From the NCBI GenBank assembly GCA_965203805.1, contig OZ241917.1, forward strand, positions 4,736,001 to 4,800,000: a stretch of 64,000 nucleotides of DNA. The letters run 5' to 3'. Source of the stretch: Candidatus Latescibacterota bacterium. GTDB lineage: Bacteria; Latescibacterota; UBA2968; GCA-2709665. The position numbers and the translations under genes were made by a program. Positions 40,776 through 50,599 of the stretch are shown piece after piece. The stretch's first letter is position 1. Every line of letters starts with the position of its first letter. The notes beneath the pieces were generated by a model. It was not told the DNA's origin. It did no database searches and saw nothing but the letters and a program-made list of their open reading frames with translations.

Positions 40776-42140
40776 CTAAAACCGAAGCGTGGCGAGGGCC
40801 GAAAGGCTCCCGTTTCTCCTGGGCGCCAGGCCGACTGTGAAACCGGGCGCGTCAGGCGGTTTTCGTGAAATCTCGGACGCAATTGTTGCAGCGAGAGTCG
40901 TTGCCGAGATGTACCCAAGCCACGCCACTGCGGGGCCCTGGTACCCATTCAGATCGCTCAGCAGAATGGCAGAGGAAACAGCAGCACACCCGAGCACGCT
41001 CCCCGCAAATACAGGCCCATACCGGGCGGGGGGATCCACCTTGCAGACGACCCAGGCCGTTGCCGCGGCATGAAGGATTGCGAGCGGAACGAAATCAAAC
41101 TCCCCGGCATCCGGATCATCCCGATAGTGGTCCGGAAAGTGGCCCAATGCCACTGGCGCAGCCGAGAGGGCGCCAAATACCGTCCCGAATATTAACTTCA
41201 GGGCAACGCGGGGTCGTCCCTCGACGTTGTGCTCTCCGGAGTATCCGAAGTAGGATCTCGCCCGCCCCAAGGCCTGAAGGTCTTGTCGATCCCTGGCTAC
41301 TGTGACAGTCTCGACGTCGCTATATGCCACTTCCAGATTTTCCGGGTGCGCCCACGTGGCCTTGCCCCCGACCCGGTACTGAATCACCACGTTATCGCCG
41401 TAACTGTCGACGATTCTTCCGACCGCCTTTCGCTTTCTGCCGCGAGAAGTGTAGACGACGTGAACGTATAGACCTTCCTCTAACATCGACGGGTTCAGGT
41501 CCCAGCGTGACATGCTGAGGATGCCGGATTGCGTCCACCGCCGCCACCGATCCAGGGCCTGTGAGGTCCTGGAGAAAGCGACCGTGTCGATTTCAGCAGG
41601 CGCAATTGTCCAGGTTTCCGGAGGTTCGGCGTCAGACTTGATTGTGATACCATCCCCGTCGATTGCTACAACAGTCCCCGACGTTCGCCTATTGAGTCCC
41701 CTCGAAGTAAAGACCACGTGCGCATACCTCCCAGCCTCGAGCTTTGAAGAGTCGAAATGTCCGCGAGGCATCACAGTGACTTTAGCCGCGGCCTTTCTTG
41801 CCTCCCGCCACCTCTCCAGGGAGGTCCGGTCAACCGACACTGCAAGCAGGTCTATGTCTCCTAAGGCTGTTTTCTGAGTCGTCGACGGTATCGCTGTGGA
41901 CTCAATCAAAATACCATCCGGGTCGATCTGCTCGATGAGGCCCCATGCTACCCCTTCGATGCCATCGGATTTGTACTCCACGTGCGCATACGATCCCTTC
42001 TTCAGCATTTCGGGTTCGATTTCTCCTCTCAGCATCACCGTGACGTCCATCCTAGGTGGCTTCTGTGCGGCGTACGAACCGGACGGAACGCACAAGGTTG
42101 TCACGATGGCTGCGAACAACAACAGTGGGTTTGATTTCAT
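40776..42140 (-). CDS. Secreted repeat protein R3: three repeats plus variant tail
   Basis: Start MKSNPLL; three repeats, several Gly/Ala-rich helices, ends VGLAPRRNGSLSALATLRF. Confidence 0.85.
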   Translation of the reverse strand: MKSNPLLLFAAIVTTLCVPSGSYAAQKPPRMDVTVMLRGEIEPEMLKKGSYAHVEYKSDGIEGVAWGLIEQIDPDGILIESTAIPSTTQKTALGDIDLLAVSVDRTSLERWREARKAAAKVTVMPRGHFDSSKLEAGRYAHVVFTSRGLNRRTSGTVVAIDGDGITIKSDAEPPETWTIAPAEIDTVAFSRTSQALDRWRRWTQSGILSMSRWDLNPSMLEEGLYVHVVYTSRGRKRKAVGRIVDSYGDNVVIQYRVGGKATWAHPENLEVAYSDVETVTVARDRQDLQALGRARSYFGYSGEHNVEGRPRVALKLIFGTVFGALSAAPVALGHFPDHYRDDPDAGEFDFVPLAILHAAATAWVVCKVDPPARYGPVFAGSVLGCAAVSSAILLSDLNGYQGPAVAWLGYISATTLAATIASEISRKPPDAPGFTVGLAPRRNGSLSALATLRF

Positions 42141-42189
42141 CGATAGACCTCGTTCAAAGACTGTCAATATTGTCCATCCCACGGAAGGT

Positions 42190-42335
42190 AAGAAGGAAGA
42201 ATGAAAAAGGAAGAATGAAGAACAAAACGCGGTATTTTCGAGACGCAAGACGCATGAGCTTTCTCTCGCTCCTTTCGTTTTGGATTTCTCTCGCGTCTCA
42301 CGTTTCGCCGCCTCTCGGGTTTTTCTAACGTCTAC
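42190..42335. repeat. Second intergenic repeat family (GAAGAAT heptamers plus core)
   Basis: GAAGAATGAAAAAGGAAGAATGAAGAA..AAAACGCGGT....CGAGACGC; copies at about 43620-43728 (shortened) and 46605-46750. Confidence 0.8.
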
Positions 42336-42425
42336 CCTCTCCCGTCTCACCGCATTCAGCGCCTTGCTATGTAATCTGTAGGCCTACATACATAGTATTC
42401 GCGAAACCCGGTGCCTTGGCAGACG

Positions 42426-43580
42426 CTAAAGGTCAAATGTGAGCGCGGCTCGGAGGCCTTTATTTTTCGTTGGTGCGATGCCCAGATTGAGTCGGCCGGG
42501 TGAAACTTCGACCCACCTTTCGGTCTTTACCATAAAACCGATAAGCGTGGAGGCGACAATTCCAACTCCAAAACCGTAGCCCGCATTGGGATCATAGACA
42601 TTCAGGTCAAAATCCCAATCAAGCACCATGTAGCTCAACCCGCTCAAGCATCCGATCAAAAACCCCTTCAGTGTGTGCCTGCGCCGACCGATGTTTATTT
42701 CGAGGTCAGTGAATGAAGAGACGGGCACCCGATACATACCCCCTTCGGTTAAAATGCCGAACGTGTCGTCACTCGTAGGCACCATCCTGCCGACGACCCA
42801 CCCCCACTTCGGGCCGTCGTTTGCGATTGTTCGTGCCTTACAACGAACTCTCGGCTCCTGCGGCAGTTTCTGCACGGCGCGAATTACCTTTCGCCATGCC
42901 GTGATGTCTCGAAAGTTTTGTGCCGCAACGATGTAGACAATTTCGTCAGACATTATCGTGTCTATCGATCCCTTGTTTCCACGAATCCCGTAACCTGACT
43001 TGACAACGACGTTTCTCTCGTTTCCATCGACAATCTCGGCTATAACCGCTCTATTGCGATTCCTGGATCTGTAGACAATGTGGGCGTGCCATCCAGAGAG
43101 GAGCTTCGACAGATCCAGGTTGCCCGGGGTCATAATGACCAGTTGTCCATCCGCCTGTTTTTGCCAGATTTCCAGGGCCCCCCGACGCCTGGCGACAACG
43201 AGTGTGTCGATGTCGTCTTTCGCGATTGCCTGCTTTTCCATCGGTCTGGCTGCAGATTTTACGACAATTTCGTCCGGCTTATTTGCCGCGATCACTCCGG
43301 CCGTAGCGCCTTTGACGCCGCCGGTTGTGTAAATCACATGCGCCTTGTGGCCGATTTCTGCCTTAGACAGGTTCAGAGTCCGTCGTGACATCACCAGGAC
43401 ATCCATGCCATAACGCCATGCAATTGCGCGCACCCCCAATTCCAGGGCTGTATCCTTCTCTGATCCCGGTGTGCTCCCTCTACGAAGGTCTCGCGGGCGT
43501 ACGGAATCAGCGACTGCAGCACCCGGTGCGAGGACTTCCAACAGCAGACTTGCCACCAATATCTGGACAATTGACGTCAT
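42426..43580 (-). CDS. Secreted repeat protein R4: two repeats plus conserved tail
   Basis: Ends TERWVEVSPGRLNLGIAPTKNKGLRAALTFDL. Confidence 0.85.
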   Translation of the reverse strand: MTSIVQILVASLLLEVLAPGAAVADSVRPRDLRRGSTPGSEKDTALELGVRAIAWRYGMDVLVMSRRTLNLSKAEIGHKAHVIYTTGGVKGATAGVIAANKPDEIVVKSAARPMEKQAIAKDDIDTLVVARRRGALEIWQKQADGQLVIMTPGNLDLSKLLSGWHAHIVYRSRNRNRAVIAEIVDGNERNVVVKSGYGIRGNKGSIDTIMSDEIVYIVAAQNFRDITAWRKVIRAVQKLPQEPRVRCKARTIANDGPKWGWVVGRMVPTSDDTFGILTEGGMYRVPVSSFTDLEINIGRRRHTLKGFLIGCLSGLSYMVLDWDFDLNVYDPNAGYGFGVGIVASTLIGFMVKTERWVEVSPGRLNLGIAPTKNKGLRAALTFDL

Positions 43581-43830
43581 TTATACACCTCGCTGAAGTA
43601 CTCTGCGTACTGTCTTCATTGAAGAAGGAAGTAATGAAAAAGGAAGAATGAAGAACGTAAAAACGAAAAACGAAGAAGGAAGAAGGAAGAGGAAAACGCG
43701 GTTTTTTCGAGACGCCTCTCGGGCTTTATCTGACTACTACCCCCTTCCGTCTCACCGCTTTCAGCGTCGTGCCACCTGGGCTGACGATCTACCGTCATCG
43801 TAGTCACGACACCCGGGACCCTGGCAAACG

Positions 43831-45036
43831 CTAAAAGTGAAACGACAGCGCGGCTTGAAGGCCTCTGTCTCGGGTAGGTGCGACATTCAGATTCGATCGA
43901 GGGAAAGGCGCGTCGATCCATCGGTCGGTCTTGGTCCCATAGCCAATCAAAGCACCGAAGGTGCCGCAACCAATCGCTAACGAAAATACCCTCAGCGCCA
44001 CCACGGCTTGTGCGAAACTCACATCGGGATCATAGTATCCGGGATCGTGCGGCGCCTCGTACAACGTGCTCCCTATTATTAAACCAAGCACCAGCCCGAT
44101 CAATAGACCCTTTCCCGTATGTCTTCGCCTTTCGGCAGTGAATTCCAAGTCAGTGAGTGCGTCACCAGGCACACGATGGACGTCCCGTATGGATGGTCCC
44201 ACGCCAATAACGAACGTATCCTGGTTTACCTCGACCAGCCTGCCAACCGTCCACTTCGGTTTTTCGCCGTATCCCATCACAGAGGGAGCCTTGAAACGAA
44301 CACGGGACTCCTTTGTCAGGCACTGAATGACCTGCCTCGCGTGTCTCCATCCCACAATGTCACCACGAACTTGACCCGCAACGATGACAAAAATGTCGTC
44401 CCGGCCAATTACTCTGTTCGACCAAGGCAGTCTTCCGCCCGCAAATTCGGATCTGATCACAATTCGCCGTTCGTCGCGTTCGAGAATCCTGGCGACTTCC
44501 GCTCGTTGGCCGTCCTTGTGCCTGTATACGACGTATGCATACCACCCCGGATCGAGCTTGTCGAGGTTGAGCTTACCGCGTGACATCACGAGGAAGCGAC
44601 CCTCGGCACGCCTTTGCCATCTCTCCAGCGCGCGCCTGTCACTGGCAACAACCAGAGTGTCGATATCTGCATACACTATTTTATTTCTTTCCGCAGGCCT
44701 TTCCGAGATCCGGAGCGCAATGCCATCCTCGGCAATTTGCACAATCTTACCGATTGTCGATATTCTTGAACCCTCGGATGTATGGACAACCTGCGCAATC
44801 AAACCCGTCCTTAATTTCGAAATATCCAAACCCCCGCGCGACATGACCCTGACATCGAGCGCATAGAGCAATTTGATCGCACGTTCAGCAACAATGGTGG
44901 CGCGGTCCTGCGCGAATTCCGGCCTGTCTGCACGATGCGCTGTCTCTGCGCGCGGTTGCCCGGAGGCATAGGACAAACCAGGCGACAGGATCTGCAATAG
45001 CAAAGCCGTGATTATTGTCATTGAGGTGAGCTTCAT
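43831..45036 (-). CDS. Secreted repeat protein R5: two repeats plus conserved tail
   Basis: Ends NLNVAPTRDRGLQAALSFHF. Confidence 0.85.
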   Translation of the reverse strand: MKLTSMTIITALLLQILSPGLSYASGQPRAETAHRADRPEFAQDRATIVAERAIKLLYALDVRVMSRGGLDISKLRTGLIAQVVHTSEGSRISTIGKIVQIAEDGIALRISERPAERNKIVYADIDTLVVASDRRALERWQRRAEGRFLVMSRGKLNLDKLDPGWYAYVVYRHKDGQRAEVARILERDERRIVIRSEFAGGRLPWSNRVIGRDDIFVIVAGQVRGDIVGWRHARQVIQCLTKESRVRFKAPSVMGYGEKPKWTVGRLVEVNQDTFVIGVGPSIRDVHRVPGDALTDLEFTAERRRHTGKGLLIGLVLGLIIGSTLYEAPHDPGYYDPDVSFAQAVVALRVFSLAIGCGTFGALIGYGTKTDRWIDAPFPRSNLNVAPTRDRGLQAALSFHF

Positions 45037-45256
45037 GTTTACGCCTCATTGAAACACTACGTACTGTATCTCTTGATGCTGGTAAGACGTTAGACGTGAG
45101 ATGATATCAGTGCCCTAAAGACGGGGAGAGGGTAGAGGTGAGACGGTAGAGGATGTGATTGCCTGGTGCCGTTTCATTTCTCGCCGGAGGCATAAAGGAA
45201 GAACCAAACGGGCAAGGATGTCATCTACCGTCTCCCGTCTCCCTTCTCACCGCTTT
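44999..45256. repeat. Duplicated leader segment containing the heptamer-flanked element
   Basis: 44999-45195 is nearly identical to 48678-48862, apart from 2-bp and 14-bp indels and a substitution. Confidence 0.85.
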
Positions 45257-45325
45257 CAGCGTCGTGCCACCTGGGCTGACGATCTACCGTCAAAGTAGTC
45301 ACGACACCCGAGAACCTGGCAGTCG

Positions 45326-46564
45326 CTAAAAATGAAACGACAGCGCAGCTCGAAGGCCCTTGTCTCGTGTCGGAGACACGCTCAGGTTGATTCGAGATGG
45401 GGAAACTTCGACCCATTGTTCGGTAACTGTCCTGGCACCTAACACAGCGCCACAGATGGTCGCGATAGGCACAGCCACCACAGCGAGCACGACTCGGTCA
45501 AAGCCTTCCCAGCCGTCAATTTCCTCATATCTGTAGTCGTCAAATACATCATGAGGATATATCAGAAATGCAGCGCCAAGTCCGACAAAAAACCCGATCC
45601 CCAGGCCCTTGATCGTGTTTCGATGGCGACCTATGTAAATTTCGAAATCGCGTATCGAAGAAATAGGTAACTCAAAAATCTCGTTTCCGGATAGGCCGAC
45701 GCCCATGACGAGCGTATCCTGATTCACGTCGAACAGCCTGCCAACCACGGAACCCGATCTTGACGCGCCCCTTCGGGTGGAAGGCGACTTTAATCGGATT
45801 CTGGGATTTTCCGGCAGATGTCGCAGGATCTGCCTCGCGTGTCGCAATGCGACGATGTCTCTCCGGTCTTCGGCGGCGACGATGAAGACAATGTCGTTCA
45901 ATGCAATCTCTCCACCGGCCCAGAATTGGTTCCTGCCTGCGAAACTGGACCTGATTACGAGATGCCGCTCGCGGGTATTCAGAATTCTGACCAGTTCGCC
46001 TCGTCTTCCATCTTCGAATTCATAGACAATGAATGCATGCCACCCCTTCCTCATCGCAGATAGGTCGATCGTCCCACGCGACATGACGACGAAACGACCA
46101 CCGACGCGTCTCCTCCACCGTTCCAGCGCCGGACGCTCTTTTGCGACGACAATCGTGTCAATTTCGGCATAGTGGATATGGGTTTTTTCCGGGACCGTCG
46201 CCGTGGATGTGATTTCCATACCAACGGGGTCAATGTTGCGAATGACGCCGGCTGCCGTGTCGGATGCGCCTTCAGACGTGTAGATTACGTGCGCGTAGAA
46301 GCCCTTCGCTATTTTCGATAGATCCAGGTGCCGCCTCGGCATCACCCAAACGTCCATTTCATAAAGCATTCTGATTAGCCTTGCGGCACTCTCCGCAGCG
46401 CGCTGTTCCTCCGACGGCTGCGGTTTCCACGTACTGCCGGCAGCTTTTCGCCAATTAACGCGCGTCGTCCTGTTGCCACGAAGTTCTTGCGCGGCAATCG
46501 ACAGGCTTGGCATCAGGATCTGAAACAGGAGTGTTGCAATCAATAATACGGCGGTTGGCTTCAT
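45326..46564 (-). CDS. Secreted repeat protein R6: two repeats plus conserved tail
   Basis: Ends WVEVSPSRINLSVSPTRDKGLRAALSFHF. Confidence 0.85.
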   Translation of the reverse strand: MKPTAVLLIATLLFQILMPSLSIAAQELRGNRTTRVNWRKAAGSTWKPQPSEEQRAAESAARLIRMLYEMDVWVMPRRHLDLSKIAKGFYAHVIYTSEGASDTAAGVIRNIDPVGMEITSTATVPEKTHIHYAEIDTIVVAKERPALERWRRRVGGRFVVMSRGTIDLSAMRKGWHAFIVYEFEDGRRGELVRILNTRERHLVIRSSFAGRNQFWAGGEIALNDIVFIVAAEDRRDIVALRHARQILRHLPENPRIRLKSPSTRRGASRSGSVVGRLFDVNQDTLVMGVGLSGNEIFELPISSIRDFEIYIGRHRNTIKGLGIGFFVGLGAAFLIYPHDVFDDYRYEEIDGWEGFDRVVLAVVAVPIATICGAVLGARTVTEQWVEVSPSRINLSVSPTRDKGLRAALSFHF

Positions 46565-46950
46565 GGATTCACCTCACTGAAATACTCTGCGTAATGTCTT
46601 CATTGAAGAAGGAAGAATGAAAAAGGAAGAATGAAGAATAAAACGCGGTTTTGTCGAGACGCAAGACGCTTGAGTTCTCTGTCGCTCCGTTGGTTTTGGA
46701 TTTCTCTCGCGTCTTGCGTCTCACGTCTGGACGCCTCTCGGGTTTTGTCTAACGTCTACCCTCTTCCGTCTCCCGTCTCACCGGTTTTATTGCCCCGTGC
46801 GGTTTCATTTCTTGCCGGAGGCATAAAGGAAGAACCAAACGTGCAAGGATGTCATCTCCCGTCTCCCCTCTCCCCGTTTCCAGCGTCTTGCCACCTGGGC
46901 TGAGGATCTACCGTCACAGTATACGAGACCCCTGGCGCACTGGCAGACGC

Positions 46951-48027
46951 CTAAAATTCGAATGACACCGCGGCTCGAAGGCCCTTGTCTCGTGTCGGAG
47001 ACACGCTCAGGTTGATTCGAGATGGGGAAACTTCGACCCATTTCTCGGTTTCTATCGCGGCCCCGATGAGCGTCCCGGCAAGTGTCGCTGCAGGTACGAT
47101 CAATAGCGCGGTGAGGCCGTCGATCATTTCTTCCGCTTGTTCTGATTCGTATCCACGTGCGTCGTCACGAACGTCTATCCAAATAGATGCAACCGCCCCC
47201 GAAACAAGCCCGATCACCAAGCCCTTTTTTGTGTTGGATTGACGTCCGAAGCTGACGTCGAATCTGTCAATCGAAGAAATCGGAATCATCGTGGAGCCCT
47301 CTGTGGAGAGCATCAACAGCGTATCGACTGTTGCCCGGATAATCCTGCCCTTGATCCATCCCTTCAAAATCGAAGGTGCCTTAATTCTAACTCTTGAATC
47401 CGGTTCCTCGAGTCTATGCATGGCCTTTTTTGCACGTCGCCACGTGTCTATCTCACGCCAGCTATCATAAACAGCGAGTATTTCAATGTCGCCGTACACA
47501 ATTTTCCACTTCTTCCACGGTGTCGCCGCGGATTGAACCACGAGATGATCCGGCTTGTTGGCCACAATCTTACCGCTGGAAATTTTCCGAACGCCTTCTG
47601 ACGTATAGACTACAGACACGTACGATCCTGGGGACAGCATCGAGCGATCAAGCTCCGAATGCGACATTTCCCGGATCGAACCCGCTGCTTCCATTTTCCG
47701 AATATAGGACTCGACCTCGATCATTCCTTGTGCGGGCGTAGTTGCCTTCTGGCTGATGATGAGCCAGGACACGTTGGCAAAGGCGATGGTGATTCGCCGG
47801 TCGCCGTCCCGAATGGAAAAGGACTCGGTTCCAATGGCGTCGATCCACCCCTTGGACGATCTCTCCTGGCGTTTGCCGTAGCGATAGGTGACGACAACGT
47901 ACGCGTCCAGCGCCAGGCTGTCGGGTCCAACGTCCGTGCCGCGAAGTCGCGTGGCGGCGTGCGCCAGGGCAGGGTCCATCGCGTTGAACGTCAGGACCGC
48001 GGCAAGAGTGAGTGCGGCTGTCTTCAT
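46951..48027 (-). CDS. Secreted repeat protein R7: one divergent and one typical repeat plus conserved tail
   Basis: N-terminus close to R8; 3' end shares a 70-bp identical tract with R6; ends AAVSFEF. Confidence 0.85.
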   Translation of the reverse strand: MKTAALTLAAVLTFNAMDPALAHAATRLRGTDVGPDSLALDAYVVVTYRYGKRQERSSKGWIDAIGTESFSIRDGDRRITIAFANVSWLIISQKATTPAQGMIEVESYIRKMEAAGSIREMSHSELDRSMLSPGSYVSVVYTSEGVRKISSGKIVANKPDHLVVQSAATPWKKWKIVYGDIEILAVYDSWREIDTWRRAKKAMHRLEEPDSRVRIKAPSILKGWIKGRIIRATVDTLLMLSTEGSTMIPISSIDRFDVSFGRQSNTKKGLVIGLVSGAVASIWIDVRDDARGYESEQAEEMIDGLTALLIVPAATLAGTLIGAAIETEKWVEVSPSRINLSVSPTRDKGLRAAVSFEF

Positions 48028-48090
48028 GATTTCCCTCCCGGTTCTCTCATGTGACGAATCGCTGAGCAGTTCAAAGAATTCTACGGAAGT

Positions 48091-48559
48091 TCACCCCTGT
48101 TGCAACGGTGCCGGCGATTCCATCCGCTTGAGGCCGTCGTCATTCTCTTTCGTAGCGCCGAACCGTATCGTGCCGGACCCGAGCAGGAGCAGGAGCAACC
48201 CGAGCGGCATCCAGAAGATCATCCGGATCCGCCGGATAATGCCCACGGCCAGTCCGGTCCCCGGCTCCAGTCCCATTAAATGAAAGAGGAACACGTGCCC
48301 GCCTTCGAAGACCCCCATGCCGTAGGGAACGAAGCCGAAGATCACGTTGATCACCATCATCAGTGAGTGGAACAGATAAACCGAAACGAACGGCAGCGGC
48401 TCGCCCAGCACGTGTAGAATCACGTATATCTCGAGGGTGCCCAGGGCCCACGTCACCAGATGCATTCCCAGCAGGCCGGCCAGCCGCCACCCGTTCAGGC
48501 GGTAGAACGCGGCCAGATTCCGGTCGATCTCAGCGGCCCGGTCGCGGTACCGCTCCAGG
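48091..48559 (-). pseudogene. 3'-half duplicate of the flippase-like gene
   Basis: Matches 50600-51068 at offset 2509; lacks the N-terminal ~190 codons. Confidence 0.9.
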
Positions 48560-48715
48560 GTCGTCAGGGCCGTCTCCATATAAAGGTGGGCACCCGGTCC
48601 GCCCCGAAGTCCGGACCGGCAGTTCGTTCTGCTGATGCTCGGACGCGTGCAAGAGACCCGGCGCTAGGATCTCCAAAAGCAAAGCCGTGATTATTGTCAT
48701 TGAGGTGAGCTTCAT
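48560..48715 (-). pseudogene. 5' stub of a ninth R-family gene
   Basis: MKLTSMTIITALLL identical to the R5 start, continues EILAPGLLHAS, then joins the flippase fragment. Confidence 0.75.
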
Positions 48716-48761
48716 GTTTACGCCTCATTGAAACACTATACGTACTGTATCTCTTGATGCT

Positions 48762-49087
48762 GGTAAGACGTTAGACGTGAGATGATATCAGTGCCCTAAA
48801 GACGGGGAGACGGTAGAGGATGTGATTGCTTGGTGCCGTTTCATTTCTCGCCGGAGGCATAATGGAAGACTCAATCGAGCAAGCACGTCATCTCCCGTCT
48901 CCCTTCTCACCGGCTTTGTCGCCCCGTGCGGTTTCATTTCTTGCCGGAGGCATAAAGGAAGACTCAATCGAGCAAGGATGTCATCTCCCGTCTTCCGTCT
49001 CACGTCTCACCGCGTTCAGCGTCTTGCCACCTGGGTTGACGATCTGCCGTCATTGTAATCCCGATATCCGCTCGCCCTGGCATTCGC
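48762..49087. repeat. Two tandem copies of the heptamer-flanked element plus the post-stop block
   Basis: GTTTCATTTCT(C/T)GCCGGAGGCATAA(T/A)GGAAGACTCAATCGAGCAAG occurs at about 48838 and 48931. Confidence 0.8.
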
Positions 49088-50536
49088 CTAGAAATCTAAC
49101 GACAGCACGGCCCGAAAGCCATTGTCTCTTGTCGGAGACACGCTCAGATTGATCCGTGAAGGGGCGACATCGACCCATCTTTCGGTTTCAATCGCGGCCC
49201 CGATAAGCGTCCCGACAAGTGTCGCTGCAGGCACGCCGACCATTACGGAGTAGGCGCCGATGAGAGCTTCCTGACCGCGTTTATCAGCGTCTGTCGTGTC
49301 ACTGGGTCTATTATTCAATATCGCGACAGTGGCGCCCAATAGAAAACCGATTGCCATGCCTTTCTTTGTGTGTCGATGGCGGCCCATGCTGACTTCGAAA
49401 TCGTCGACGAAGGCACGACGGATCCTGACGCTCCCGTGTTGGGCCAGTACCTCCACCATGTCCCCGGTCTCACCCGCAAACCTGCCAATGATCCATTCAG
49501 TTGAGATCGAGGGCGCCTTTAGCCGTACCCTCGGTCCCTGTAGTTCACGCATCGCGTCTCTCGCTTTCCGCCAGCGTTTCATGTCGCTACGTTTGCGGGT
49601 CACGAGAACCCGTACGATATCGTCCGAACGGATTGTCCTTCGGTCGAAGCTGCCCGACTCGATCATCATGTGATTCGCATCCTTGCGTGCGATCACTCCC
49701 GTAACGGTGCGGCTGACGCCGGAAGATCGGTATTCTACGTGTGCATGCCATCCGAGGTTCAGGGATGCGAGGTCGAGTTCGTCACCGGACATCGCATGCA
49801 TCGCGGTCTTCTGAAGCTCCAGCATCTTCCGCCTTGCCGTTCGCCATTGCTCGATACCCCCCGGTTCATTCGAGACAGCGATGATTTCGATTTCTTTCCG
49901 TGCGATTTCCCATCCCTTCCCGGCGCCTGGCACAATGACGACGCGATGCGGGTCGAAGTCGACGATTCGGCCCGATGCCGCATTCTCCACACCGTTTGAA
50001 CGGAACACCACGTACGCATACAATCCAGGCGCGAGCCTTTTCAGATCAAGTTCCTTGTCGGTCATTACCTTAACTGACTTCGCATGGAGTCTCCGCAGGG
50101 CCTGCCGGTTACGCTGCCATGTGTCTATCTCACGCCAATTTGCTGCAACGGCAAGTGTCTCGATGTCCGCGTACATTATAGTCCGGCTCTCAAACGACCC
50201 TACAGATTGAACCACGATACGATCTGGCCTGGTGTCCACAATCTTCCCGCTGGCAATTTTCCGACTGCCTTCCGACCTGTAGACGACGTACGCGAACGAT
50301 CCCCGTGACAGCTTCGAGCGATCAAGCTCAGAACGCGACATTTCCATGACCGCAACTTCCTCTTCCTTGACTGCAACCGCAACGACCGTTTCCCGGGAAA
50401 AGGACTCGACCACGTTCATCCGGTGTCCGGAACCTCCGACGTCCGCGCTGCGAAGTCGCGTAGCGGCGCGCGCCAGGGCAGGGTCCATCGCGTTGAAAAG
50501 CAAGGTCGCGGTCAGGATGAGTGCGGCTGCCTTCAT
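49088..50536 (-). CDS. Secreted repeat protein R8: three repeats plus conserved tail
   Basis: Start MKAAALIL (GGGAGGG RBS); ends NLSVSPTRDNGFRAVLSLDF. Confidence 0.85.
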   Translation of the reverse strand: MKAAALILTATLLFNAMDPALARAATRLRSADVGGSGHRMNVVESFSRETVVAVAVKEEEVAVMEMSRSELDRSKLSRGSFAYVVYRSEGSRKIASGKIVDTRPDRIVVQSVGSFESRTIMYADIETLAVAANWREIDTWQRNRQALRRLHAKSVKVMTDKELDLKRLAPGLYAYVVFRSNGVENAASGRIVDFDPHRVVIVPGAGKGWEIARKEIEIIAVSNEPGGIEQWRTARRKMLELQKTAMHAMSGDELDLASLNLGWHAHVEYRSSGVSRTVTGVIARKDANHMMIESGSFDRRTIRSDDIVRVLVTRKRSDMKRWRKARDAMRELQGPRVRLKAPSISTEWIIGRFAGETGDMVEVLAQHGSVRIRRAFVDDFEVSMGRHRHTKKGMAIGFLLGATVAILNNRPSDTTDADKRGQEALIGAYSVMVGVPAATLVGTLIGAAIETERWVDVAPSRINLSVSPTRDNGFRAVLSLDF

Positions 50537-50599
50537 GATTTCCCTCCCGGTTCTCTCATGTGACGAATCGCTGAGCATTTCAAGGGATTCTCCGGTAGC

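Noticed and set aside
43758-43775. TGGCACG in the post-stop block as a sigma-54 promoter
   Set aside because: The minus strand reads TGGCACGACGCTGAA, with no GC at -12, and other copies read TGGCAAG.
42190-49087. Intergenic repeats as a CRISPR array
   Set aside because: The repeats are separated by whole genes, vary in length and sequence, and no cas genes are present.
30617-50536. Diversity-generating retroelement or shufflon
   Set aside because: No reverse transcriptase or recombinase is present, differences between duplicated tracts are not adenine-specific, and all genes share one orientation.
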